Under the pieces are notes generated by a model, which did no database searches, had not been told where the DNA came from, and saw only the letters and a list, made by a program, of their open reading frames with translations. The position numbers were made by a program, and so were the translations under genes. From Anthoceros angustus (lineage: Eukaryota > Plantae > Anthocerotophyta): a DNA stretch of 64,000 nucleotides. Of this stretch, positions 11,851-23,100 are shown piece after piece. Every line of letters begins with the position of its first letter. The stretch's first letter is position 1. The stretch is taken from contig VJWM01000011.1 in assembly GCA_010909165.1 (NCBI GenBank), positions 868,001 through 932,000 on the forward strand. Reading direction: 5' to 3'.

Positions 11851-14016
11851 GCTTTGCTGTGTATGGGACACCCCCTGTTTTCGCTTCCGCTCAACTTCAC
11901 TACCCGAGCCCGGGCTCTCCCCGGTCGGGACTCGGAAGGGAAGGAAAGGAAGTCGGAACAGAACAGAGCGCTCCTTCTATCCAGCTCCAGCTCCCGCGAG
12001 CTCTGCGCTACTTCGCTCCGCTCTAGGGCTACCTGATTGCTGGCCTCCTGCTCGACGTTGGGCATTGGCCCACATTTACCCTTGGATCCAGGCAACCACG
12101 TGATGCCGTGTGTCAGTCACGTATGGCCCACCCGATTCCTCCTTCGCTTTACTTCCAGAAGGGAAGGGAAGAGAAGAGAAGGCAAGCAAGCAATGCCTCT
12201 TCTTTGCACGAGCTCCCAGAGCATCATGCCACACACATGCTACCGCTTCTACTTCCACTTCCGCCAGACCAGGACCTCCGCAGTAAATCAGGCGCAGGCT
12301 CCCAGATAGGAGAACCCGGTTGTCGTGTACTTCGCCCTGCTTTTGCGCTCTGCTCCGCCTTCACCTACCACCCCTCGCACGGGCCACCCTGCCACCCGGC
12401 CCGGCCCGGGATTCATTCAATTGGGCCACTGCAGGATCGCATCCCGGATGTGGACAAGCTGCCCGCTGCCCGCTGCCCGCTTCACTTACTGTGTATTAGT
12501 GTGCGCCAATTATCTTCATATCCTGCCTTCCATTCCTCATCATTATGCGTATGGCGAGATTCGAGCCCCACCCGGCTTGGACCGAGTCCGGGAGCTCTAC
12601 CATGCGGCTGCCGCAATCTTACATAGTTTATACCCGACGTTAAACAAAGCATGCAGATCCGGTCTCTTAGCATCAAATCTATACAAGCATCTTCGCTGCG
12701 GCCGCCGCAAACAAAGCCGTCTCGGACGTATATACAACCCTCTAATCCCGGACTGATCTTCCAGTCTATTTTTTTAATAATAATAATTTACTTATAGTAT
12801 TAGTCTCGGCTGGCGCTAGCTCCCTGGACCGACTTACTCTCTTTCCTCCATACCGGAAGCTTTCCGTTGCCGGTGGTACATGCCTTGGCCGCATCCGGCC
12901 ATGCCAGGATTCGGTTCAAGTTTAGCATGGACATCATTTGGCCATCCATCCCTCTCAAATTTAGCATGGGCCATCATCTGCCCCATCACGGCATGACTTT
13001 GCCATCCATCCCTAACCCCTAAATCGAACCGAATTAGAAGGGAGGGAGCATTGAAATAGAATTTTGTAGGGTATTTGAGGGAGTTTTGATATAGAATTTT
13101 GTAGGAATTTTGAGGGAGTCTCTTCCACACAAATCTGTTTGCTCGTCGGCGGCACCATGGTGGCTAGAGCATGGTAGCATCGCTTTTATGCACATGGGCC
13201 CCATGTGCATAACCGCTTGAGGGGAGAGAGGATGTGGGTGGTGGGGTTCACTTTATCAAGGTAAGCCCGTATTAAACCCTGACGCGCTGTAGTGACCGGG
13301 GCTCCCTGGTGCCTGCTGCTGCTGCTGCTGCCTGCTGGCCTGGAGTTTGGTGCCTCGAATACTTGAGGAAGTATGTGGCCACGGTGTAGCACCGGCGTCC
13401 CAGCGCGCTACCCTCCTGCTCCCTTTCTCGCCTGCTTGCCTCGCCTTTCCTGTTCGCCGCAGTGAGCGCTCCGGCCACGCTTCTAGAAATTCGGCGCTTC
13501 CGCACCTTCTTCCTGCTGCGTCTTTGCTCCTCACTCTCCTGTGACCTGTCCTGCCCCGGTTGCAAGTGGCGTCGGTGAGCTGCGGAGCGGAATTGGAGCC
13601 TGCAAATTTTGCTCATTCCTTTGCGCGCTGCTGTCGGAGCGAGCTGCCAAGGCTGCGGCATTGCCTTGCAGCACCGAAGTTTGGAGCCTGTGAGGAGAGC
13701 GGGAACCTTGGCAAGGTTGCTAGAAAGAATCTCTCGATTGTGTCCGGCAATCTCTGCTGCTGCCGCTGCTGCTGCTGCTGTTGTTGCCCTTGGCGGTGGA
13801 ATTGACTTGTTTGTTTTGGTTGTTAGGAATTGCTGCTGTCCTGTTTCATCTACTCCAGTGTCGCCTGAGTTTTTGCTTCTTAGATCTCGGGCATCTGCTG
13901 TCGAGGGGAATCCCGACTCCGCCCCGCTGTTCCGCTCTGCTTTGGAAACGCGCCGGCTTTTCATTGGGATGGCAGCGGCCCTTGCTGCCTTCCACGCCAG
14001 TATCAGAGGCTACAAG

Positions 14017-14905
14017 ATGCGGAGCACTCTCGAATGCAAGCAGATGTTGAGGGAGTTCCTGCTCCGGCCACGAGTCTGGTGGTAGCCGTGACATCGACCT
14101 TCATCCTGCTGCGTACCTGCTGAGGCAGACTGTGGTATGTTTCTTCTTTCAACTCTGCGGCCCGACTTCCTTGCTTGGCTGTCTCTGGTTTGCCTTCATG
14201 AGCTACTTGTGTTCTGTCCTCCAGCCTCCGTGCCTGCAGGCACCTGTTAATTAAGTGCAGTCACCTCTCTTTCAGGACGTTCATCTCTCTTTGCCTGCTC
14301 CCTCTTGTGATGAGTTGAGCGTTGCGCTGAGAGAAACTTGTGTGAAGCTTTGAGATATGAGGCTGAGCACCTCAAGGTCTAGCCTGCACCAAGATTGTAA
14401 GTGTTAAGTCACCTTATATATGCCTGTGCAGTCCCTCTGTACGTAGGGATCACGTCCTCGCAAATCTGTCTGTTAGGCTCAGTTCAATGTCTTGCTGTTA
14501 CAGTGCTCGTTTCTGTGACCAGAGGAGATGAGAGTGATCGCGCCAATGTAAAAGCTCAATTGAAAGCTTAGAGAGCGACGTCGCTTGCTGGCCCAAGCTC
14601 CCTCATCTTTCAAGGCAGGATTTGTTCCTCTTTCCACCACTGTCTGTCGTACGTACGTGAATCTGGTGTCGTGGGCAATGGCAGCTAGCTACCTTATTCT
14701 GGTCACTGTCGAATCACGGCCAGGATCTCCCGTTCTCATTTCTTATGTCCTTACTTTCTACTGTATTGTAAGCTCTGACCACTTTGCTAGGTCCTACTCA
14801 GGCAACACTTCGAAGCATTCGATTCAATTCCCCGTTCTCTGTCTTGCCTCTATTAGTCATTGAAGAGTGGTGTGCAAAATTTGTCATTTGCTCGGGCTGT
14901 TCAAG
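14017..14905 (+). repeat. Dispersed duplicated segment, copy A (copy B at ~18611-19245)
   Basis: Colinear similarity, e.g. GGAGCACTCTCGAATGCA.GCAGATGTTGAGGGAGTTCCTGCTCCGGCCACGA and GTAAGCTCTGACCACTTTGC...GGTCCTACTCAGGCAA in both copies. Confidence 0.85.
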
Positions 14906-15208
14906 CGAAGTGGTCGCAGCCGTAGGCCAGAATCCTCATGTCTCATGCCGTCATTATAACTTGGCTGACGCTTTCCGAAGGACTTAGCCCCTTGTATGTT
15001 CCACCATTTGTCTCCAGCTCTCCAGTTTTAACAGCGATCATGAATGCAGTGATTGGCTCACCTGCCTTTGGAAAGCTGTCTAGATCTGTATGGGAGCGGT
15101 TTGTTTGTCACCTGTCTAGAGAGTGATGCCGTGGCTATCTGCAGAGCTGTGGAAGACGTTGGCTCTCAGTTCAGCACAGAACCGGCACTCACTCCGAAGC
15201 TTGATCAA

Positions 15209-15631
15209 ATGGCTGTGAAAACAAACTATGAGATCAGATCTCATTCCTTTCCAGGCAGGTCAAGCTCTGCCATTCCTCCTGCTGGCAGCAGGACTAGGAG
15301 CATGTCCGCCATCCCTGCTGTGGGACAGAACGCCTCCTACACTTCACTGCGGGATCTGATGCCCTCTGCGGCTCTCTATTCCTGCCACAACCGCAGGGAG
15401 CCTGGGCTACTGGATCTGAAGCAGCTCCGTTTGCGAGACCGTCTGGTCGAGCACGCAGTCAGAGCTTACCTTCATCCCCAGTGGCAGCCAAGGACTCGGC
15501 CACGTACTTCTCGGAGCTTCTGCAGCTTTCTGAAGATCATTACGGTGCCATTGCAGACAACTCACAACCTGCTTCAGGCGTTCTTCCACGAGGCAGGGGT
15601 ATGGTTCCGCAGGATGTATGTCTCCATCTGA
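15209..15631 (+). CDS. Small land-plant protein of unknown function (YTSL.DL.P / RLV..A..AYL.P family)
   Basis: SYTSLRDLMP...LRLRDRLVEHAVRAYLHP resembles the two conserved motifs of a widespread uncharacterised plant family, recalled as YTSLKDLLP ... IRNRLVKQAAWAYLQP. The start codon is uncertain. Confidence 0.65.
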   Translation: MAVKTNYEIRSHSFPGRSSSAIPPAGSRTRSMSAIPAVGQNASYTSLRDLMPSAALYSCHNRREPGLLDLKQLRLRDRLVEHAVRAYLHPQWQPRTRPRTSRSFCSFLKIITVPLQTTHNLLQAFFHEAGVWFRRMYVSI

Positions 15632-16897
15632 CGATGACCCTGCATGCAATTCCGGCTGTCATCAAGTGCAGGGCGGCCGACTTTTAATTGCCAGCAAGGG
15701 AGTCAGGATCAACTGAAGAGTATTTGGAGCCGATGGTGGTTAAGTCGAGGCTGCATCGAACAATCCCAGTTCTGCTAGGTGGAGAGAGGGTTCCGGCAGC
15801 CTTATTCCACACGTTACCGATACGAGTTGCTCTGATACTAGAAATCTGGACTCTAGATACCTCAGGTCTTCAAAGACATTTTCCTGCTCCGTTACCGGGC
15901 CTTCTGGGGATCTGCATTTTGTAGTGAGGGACTTGGATGTAGCTTCCAAGCGGACACTGAACACTGCAGATTAGTCTCAAGATTTTGTCGTCCAAGTGGT
16001 CGTGACTGTCTGAGTATAGTCACCTCGTAAAGGGGACCAGTCTGTTGGCATGGGAACCTGGTGAAGTGCTCAAGGCCTGCGAACACCTGGCACAGCCTGC
16101 CCCTTAGTCACCCCCAGATGTCTGGCCTTCGACAATAAGTTATCCTCAAGGTAGAACCTAGCCAAATGGAGGTGCATTGCTTATAAGCGCCGTTCAGGTA
16201 GGAATATGAAGATTCCTCGATGGCCTCGTACCGTTCTCCGGAGTTCCGATTGTGTCCACCATCCTTCCATAGCTGCCAGGTGGAATAACTTGACCACAAA
16301 TAGTTTTCATGTGTTTGAGAAATGAAGACCGCTTTGACCATTCGTACACCTGCTTCTCGAATGCGCTGCTGTGACCTACATCTCGCACTCACATGTTGCA
16401 CAACTTGCAATGGCGAAATCATCGTCTCATTTCAACAAATTCGTAGTTCCAGCCACTAACCTATCCGCTCAATATACCTGTACAGCTCGGTCACATTGTT
16501 ACGTTCTTTTCAGCACGACCACTCCGCTGTAAAAGGGATCGCCAATACTCTATCACATATATTTATCTTTCATATTGATAATTTTGAAGATTCTATACTC
16601 ATTAACACAACACAAGCCATTAAAACACCGGCTTCAGCATAAACGTGTTCAATACTAAAAGGGATTCTTTTTTTGGATAAAAAACCTTAAAATATAAATT
16701 ATTTTTATTTTTCTTCAAAGACCCAAATACTAAAATATTGGTAGAGAGATTATAGGATTTTTATTTTTATTTAATTATTTAGGATTTAATTATTATATAT
16801 TTAATTACTAGAATAAGGATAGAAATTATTAAGTTTAGTCCAGTGTAATATGGATAGCAGTTATTAGTTCTAGGTCTATGAAGTTTTGGTAGGAGTA

Positions 16898-16975
16898 CTT
16901 GGTTGATTTTCGATCTTGCACATAATAAGTACTAATCATAAGACTAATTATGTGCAAGATCGAAAATAAACCAAG
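16898..16975. repeat. 29-bp inverted repeat with 20-nt spacer
   Basis: CTTGGTTGATTTTCGATCTTGCACATAAT (16898-16926) pairs with ATTATGTGCAAGATCGAAAATAAACCAAG (16947-16975) with 1 mismatch. Confidence 0.9.
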
Positions 16976-17827
16976 GATATTCAGTCATTTTTCTCAAATG
17001 TTAACTATGCATAGTACCTAAGCAAATGTGCTGCATCCCGTGCTCGATTCCATGACCCCATTCTTTGACCTAGAAAAAAGCTAATGCAAGCATGAGCAGC
17101 CGAAAGTTTTTTTAAGGACATGAGAGGATAGAGAGAGGATTGTGAACTTGAGCACTCCCCAAATTATTTTCTAAAATTAATCGATATTTAAAACGTTAAT
17201 CAATAAAATACTAAAAACCTGCTTATGTGGGGATGAAAAGGATATGGAATATGGAAACTATTCCTCAGGAGTCAAACGATTTAGGTATGTATTCCATACC
17301 TCTGTCTCCCCACTAGCAATGAGCCTTTATGAAGGGGCATAGGCTACCTAACTTAGAACGATAATATATTGGTAGTATTATTTTTCTATGCTTTAAACTT
17401 CTTGCTTTAAATTATTCCTCCTTAAATGAGATAATTAGGTTATTTTCTTTGAAAAATTAATAAAAGATAATAGACATCCAAGTTCCTTTTTATTCCTTGG
17501 GTCGTCAGGATCAAGCAGCTGTCGGGAGGCTTGCCTGATCGTGGGTAAATTTGCTTACGTTCAATTTCATTTTAGGGTTACCTCCGATCGAGCGACGAGG
17601 CCATCGGCCTGATCGGGTCGATGAAGTGGCGACATAACGGAATCACGCCCCGGCCAAAATTTATTTCACACAAACTTGACAATGTTAGGCATTCCATTAG
17701 CCATATCACCTCTTGGGAACAGATGTCACACACCGCTTGGCATCGAAGGCATGATCATCGCACCCTGCAGACAAAGACACAACAGAACGTCAATCCCCAG
17801 TTGTTGATTCTTAATTCCAATCTCTTC

Positions 17828-17951
17828 TCCTTGCTCCTTGCTCCTTGCTCCTTGCTCCTTGCTCCTTGCTCCTTGCTCCTTGCTCCTTGCTCCTTGCTCC
17901 TTGCTCCTTGCTCCTTGCTCCTTGCTCCTTGCTCCTTGCTCCTTGCTCCTT
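17828..17951. repeat. Heptamer microsatellite (TTGCTCC)n, ~17 copies
   Basis: Perfect tandem run. It produces the spurious LLAPCS/ARSKEQG ORFs. Confidence 0.97.
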
Positions 17952-18610
17952 GTGCGATCCTGCCCTTCCATTCCAATAGCAGGCCGGTCAGGCCGTGGAG
18001 CCGTGCAGCCAGCGCGAGCGCACCCGGCTGGAGAAGATTGGATGTCGTTGCCGACGCAGATCTTGCCCGGACCCTGCTCCATCTCCTGCTCGCGTTGGCA
18101 AATTCCCCGCTTGCGTTTGCGGCCACGCCGCGTCCAGCTGCAGACCTGCTTGTCCCAACATTATATCAGAATGTGGATTAATATCGGTTTCTGGCAGAAG
18201 ATCCGCATGTTCTATCTGATGCAGAGCTTGATCAAGAAGCTTAATTCTTGTCTCGACACAGCTGGACCATCCACGTGCAGGGGAAACTTCCCTAGTCGCG
18301 GTCGCTACGCCGAAGAGCTTGCTGCTAACTTGTTGGCTCGATTCGATGAGTGCCACTGCCATGACAATTTTGCCGCAAGGCTCCGCCCGTCTCCATCTGC
18401 TCGGAGGCCTCCACCAGCTCCGAGAAGGGGAAGGGGCTCCACCTTGCCGCTGTCTAGGAAGCGTGTGAGCTGTGGAAGCAGTATGCCGGTCCGTTGGAAA
18501 CGACTATGAATCTGGTGGCAGGGGGGGCGGGGGGAGTGGAGCCGAGGGACCAGCGCTCCAGTGAGAGCCACAATTCCACCCTTCACTCCCTTGGCTGATT
18601 CGGACGCCAA

Positions 18611-19245
18611 GATCCGGAGCACTCTCGAATGCACGCAGATGTTGAGGGAGTTCCTGCTCCGGCCACGAATCTGGTGGTAGCCGCAACATCGATCTTCATC
18701 CAGCTGCGTACCTGCTTAAGAAGACTGTGGTAAGCTTCGTCTTTCAACTCTGCGGCCCGACTTCCTCGCTTGGCTGTCTCTGGTTTGCCTTCATGAGCTA
18801 GTTGAGTTCAGTGCTCCGGCCTCCGTGCCTGCACCTGGCTCTAATGTATACTAGTACAGTCACCTCTATCTCTTACAAGAATTAACTTCATCTCTGTTTG
18901 CCTGCTCCCTCTTGTGATGAGTTGAGCGTTGCGCTGAGAGAAGTGTGAAGCTTTGAGATATGAAAGCTCCCTCATCTCTCATGGCAGGATTTGGTCCTCT
19001 TTTCATCACTGTCTGTCGTGAATCTGGTGTTGTGTGCAGAGGCAAACAACAATGGCGTTCAGCATCTCTCATTCTCATTTCATATATCCAGCTTGAAGGC
19101 CCTTCTAGTGTAGATATTGTAAGCTCTGACCACTTTGCGTGGTCCTACTCAGGCAAGACTTCGAAGCACGTGGTCCAATTCCCCATTCCCTATCTTACCC
19201 CTAGATTTCATTCAAAATTTGTCATTTGCTCCAGCTGTTCAAGCT
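18611..19245 (+). repeat. Dispersed duplicated segment, copy B (with internal deletion relative to copy A)
   Basis: See copy A. About 240 bp after GAAGCTTTGAGATATGA is missing in this copy. Confidence 0.85.
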
Positions 19246-20123
19246 CAGTTGATCGCCATGGGGGTTTCCAGTTGGCGTGCCCACGGCGCTCCGCATGCTG
19301 GCTCGTATGGGAGGTGCATTCCTTAGTCACCAAGGTGGAGGTCTCGCACGGCGAACCGGGGCAGCTAGTGCTCCAGTAGCACCCTATCGGCCTGATGAGC
19401 AAGCCGCAATCGGGCCGCGACCGCATCACAGATTGTCACCTTCTCCTTGCTCCAACATCCGGGCACACGTCTCACTTCTTCAGGCTTCTACTACCCTATC
19501 CAACAAACGGATAGGAACCCCATGCCAGTCACGGGAGTTTAACCACCCCTGGCACTTCGCATCCAGCGAAAGGAGTTCGGGGACTGACCAAGTCGTTTCG
19601 ACTTGTGCTTCCTCTACTACAGCTCAGCTGCAACACCGACATCCTCTGAAGTCCCGGAGTGCCTAGTAAACAAACAGGGCTGTTGTTTTTCTTGTAAGTA
19701 TACAGACCTGATTAAAAAAAACCAACTACCCACATGATAATTAAGTCATAATAATTACAATGGCTGGAAATTTTGACGACTGACAGATTCCAAGTTCATC
19801 GTCCGTCATTGCCAGACCGATCAAGGAAAAACCACAAAAGCTGAAGGGCAACAGCATCCCAAGGTGCAAAATTTTGGTGATGTCACTCTTGCGAAGTTTG
19901 AGTTGTCTTCAAGTTTGCCGCTATGAACACTAATATCCTCAACATGCCTACCATCTGAAATACAAGGCGAGATGAAACGAGTGTGAAACAGTTGAAACAG
20001 TTGCGAGAGAAGGGTATCAAATGAAGCAATCAGGTGCTCCGTACCATCGGTTGCTGCAATTGCTGCAGATGGTAGTCCAGCTGTTCGCCATTTCTAGCAC
20101 TACCAGCACAGCTCCAGCGCCCG

Positions 20124-23100
20124 TCAGGGTTGATATACGTAAGTGCAACTCTCCATAGAGAGTTCTGAGCTACCATGAGAAGCTCTCTCCATCTTCTTCA
20201 CGACTGCTAGTTCCTGTTCCCGCTGGCGTTTGATCTCCATCTTCACTCTCCCCAACTTTTCCAACTTCCACTCCATGTTCATCCGCAGTCTCTGTGCTTC
20301 TTCTTTCTCTCTCATCCTGTCCACCAAGGTGCTGTTGTACTTATCAAGTTCAGCCTGCAAGGCCATGGCATATTTTCTCCTCTCAAAGGCATCTGAGGCA
20401 GGCGGAAATAGACTACATACTTCCCTCTCAGCATAAGGGACAGTCGCATACAGCAGTCCCACATCAGAGCTGCAGACAGTATGCACAGCACTGAGAGTGA
20501 GAACAGCTTGTATCAGTGGAAGCAACATACCCTGTGCAAGAGAACATACCTGCTACTGCGACCCAATTCCTGACGCCCATTGCTCCTGAATATTGCTTTA
20601 TCCAGTGATACTGCTCCTTGAAGCTGCCTTCCAACTCTTTGCAAAGCCGATTTGAAGGCCAGTATGTTGTGTTTCGAATCAAAGACCATCAGATGCTTGT
20701 AGATATCAAAGAACAAGGACTCCCGCAAACCCACGTCTTTACCCTCGACTCTTACACGGAGTTGCTCCTCCCTCAAATGAATCAAGTTCACAGCATAGCC
20801 TAAAAACCCTGGTGGACATTGCCCAGTGTTCGGCATTTGAGGGAGATCTATGTTTAATAGCTGTTGAGGATGTCCTCTGAGCACCGTGTCCTGATTATCA
20901 TGTCGTCTGTAGCAACTGTTTCATAACCACAAGGACAGTGTGTTGTTGTTCCGTCTTCTCCACAAGATTTCAAAGCCACTCAAGGGAATTTCAGGTCCTT
21001 TACCTTATATCGTCGAGAGCCAATGCTGTATACCTCCCTCGGAGTTCGAAACCCTTCATCCTTGCAGTGGCATGAAGTGACTGCTCACCGTTAAGCCCAC
21101 TCATTTCCAGTGCATTCACACCTCGCTGGGTCTTGCACACGATCATTAGCATGCTTGATCCACTAAACTCCGCCAGTATCCTGCACAGAGAAAATTTTCA
21201 GGCTTCTGGCTGGCCAGACCATGGGAAACCTTCAAACCTACAAAGCATATCAGCATTTCCTACAGTGTCAAGCAGATTACATGTTCAGCGAGTCGTCCTC
21301 TACACGGCCAAGCGTTGCCACCACCCCAAGAACGTCAGTACCGGCTTCATAACCACCACGCGCGAAAAGATAGCCGCCCTCCATGCGTGCAACCAAGCAG
21401 GCTAACGAAGCAGCATAACCTCTCCTTTCCCTTCTCCTCTGCAGATCGACGAATATTTCTTTTTCAGATCGGTGGGTTTTCTGCCTCTCAGCTTCCAGGA
21501 CGGCTGCATCATCCTGATGGCTTTCAGTAAGCCTCTCAAACTTGTGCTTCACCATCCTCATCGCAGCTGTGGGTGCACAAGAGCGATACATGCAAACCCA
21601 TCAGGCTGCCAGGTTTTTGAAACTCGTCAGCTTAAGTCTTGCTGCGTGTCAGCTTAGTGTGGTACCTTGTGTTTCTGCCATGTACAGATCCCGCAACGTC
21701 TCCGCCTCATTAATAGCAGCTATCTCACGCATCGCCTTGTTGGATCCATCCTCAATTTCTAGGATTGTCTGTTACAACAGAGACGTTAGAGGATTCTCTC
21801 TTAGAAGACACATTACTCTGATTCCTTCAACAAAACACCGTCTCCTAAAAGAAAAAGCATTCCGAGTCCATCAACCAACCTTTCGATGATCCTCTGCTGT
21901 CTTGAGATGCTGTGCAATCCCCTGGGTACTGGTACGAATGATTTCAAACTTAGCCTCCAGTAATGGTGTGTGCTGTGGGTTCTCTTGCCTCGACGAAAAG
22001 GCTCGAAACTGACACCAAGTGCTTGGGAGATCAAGGTAGAGAAGTTCGCCGAAGGCTGCAAGCCCATTGTATACAGTGGCAGTTGAGATTTCTGCCCCTT
22101 CACTGTATTCTAGAGTCAGCTGCAGCCCCGAAAATCCTTCACAGAGATTGCCATGTTTGTCAAACACTTTCACTGTTAACCCCTGCTGGTGCCAACCTGC
22201 TGCTAAGCTTGCTGGAGGTCCATGAAGCACTTTAAGAGGAAGAAAAACTGGGGAAACCACTGCCCCGCTCCACACGGAAAATTTCACGCGATACTGTCCT
22301 ACACCGATTGGAGCAGGAATCCTTGAAAAGCTCTCCACAGATGAGAGTCCTCCATTATATCGAGCAGGTGCTACCAGCTCTCCTAGCTGTTGCACATCGC
22401 TGCTGGTGACATCTCTGTCGTGAGGGATTATCCAAGCCACAACAACTCTCTCCTGCATAGCCATGCTATCCGCTGCCTCGACAAGTACCTCCATGTGCGG
22501 CAGGTACTGGACGTCTTTGCCATCCAGACTGACAACCAAAGGTTGAGTAGCTACATGTAACGCAACTGGATAATTTCCAGGAACTACATCTACTGTAAGA
22601 CGAGCTGCTGCACATACCAAGTTGTCAGCTGGCTTGATCGAGACGCTGTAGGTCCCAGTATCAACAGTTACAGGGAAAGGCTCAAAACATGCTTTTCCAC
22701 TTTCTAATGCAGCTGTTCCAGCGCCCCAACCTTTGCAATCTGTTGGAGACATTCTGAGAACCGATTTTTCACAGTGGCTGCACACGTTTCCAGCCTCATC
22801 TACCACATAGACATCCAGGGCAGGATGCATCTTCAACCTTGCAACCTTCACCTGTAACAGAGGCTCAGGCTCTACCTTTTTGTCAGGCCCCCCTCCCATA
22901 AAAGCTAAGAGCTTGTGAGGTGCACCAGCTCTTAAGCGGACCGTGCGCTTGATAAAATTTGCATTTCCACCCGACTTGATTGAAGGGTCTGTCAAGAAAA
23001 CATCATAGACTCCAGCAGGGCCTGTAAGCCACAACTTAGCTGCATATCCTACATCGCTTGGTTCAATACCACGAATCCTGACCTTGCACAGTCCTATTGG

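Noticed and set aside
11490-14094. Numerous GC-rich ORFs with DTDTDT, ICICIC and poly-Ala runs
   Set aside because: Driven by microsatellites and GC-rich promoter/UTR sequence. No domain signal.
17621-18509. ORFs with LLAPCS/ARSKEQG repeats
   Set aside because: These are translations of the (TTGCTCC)n microsatellite.
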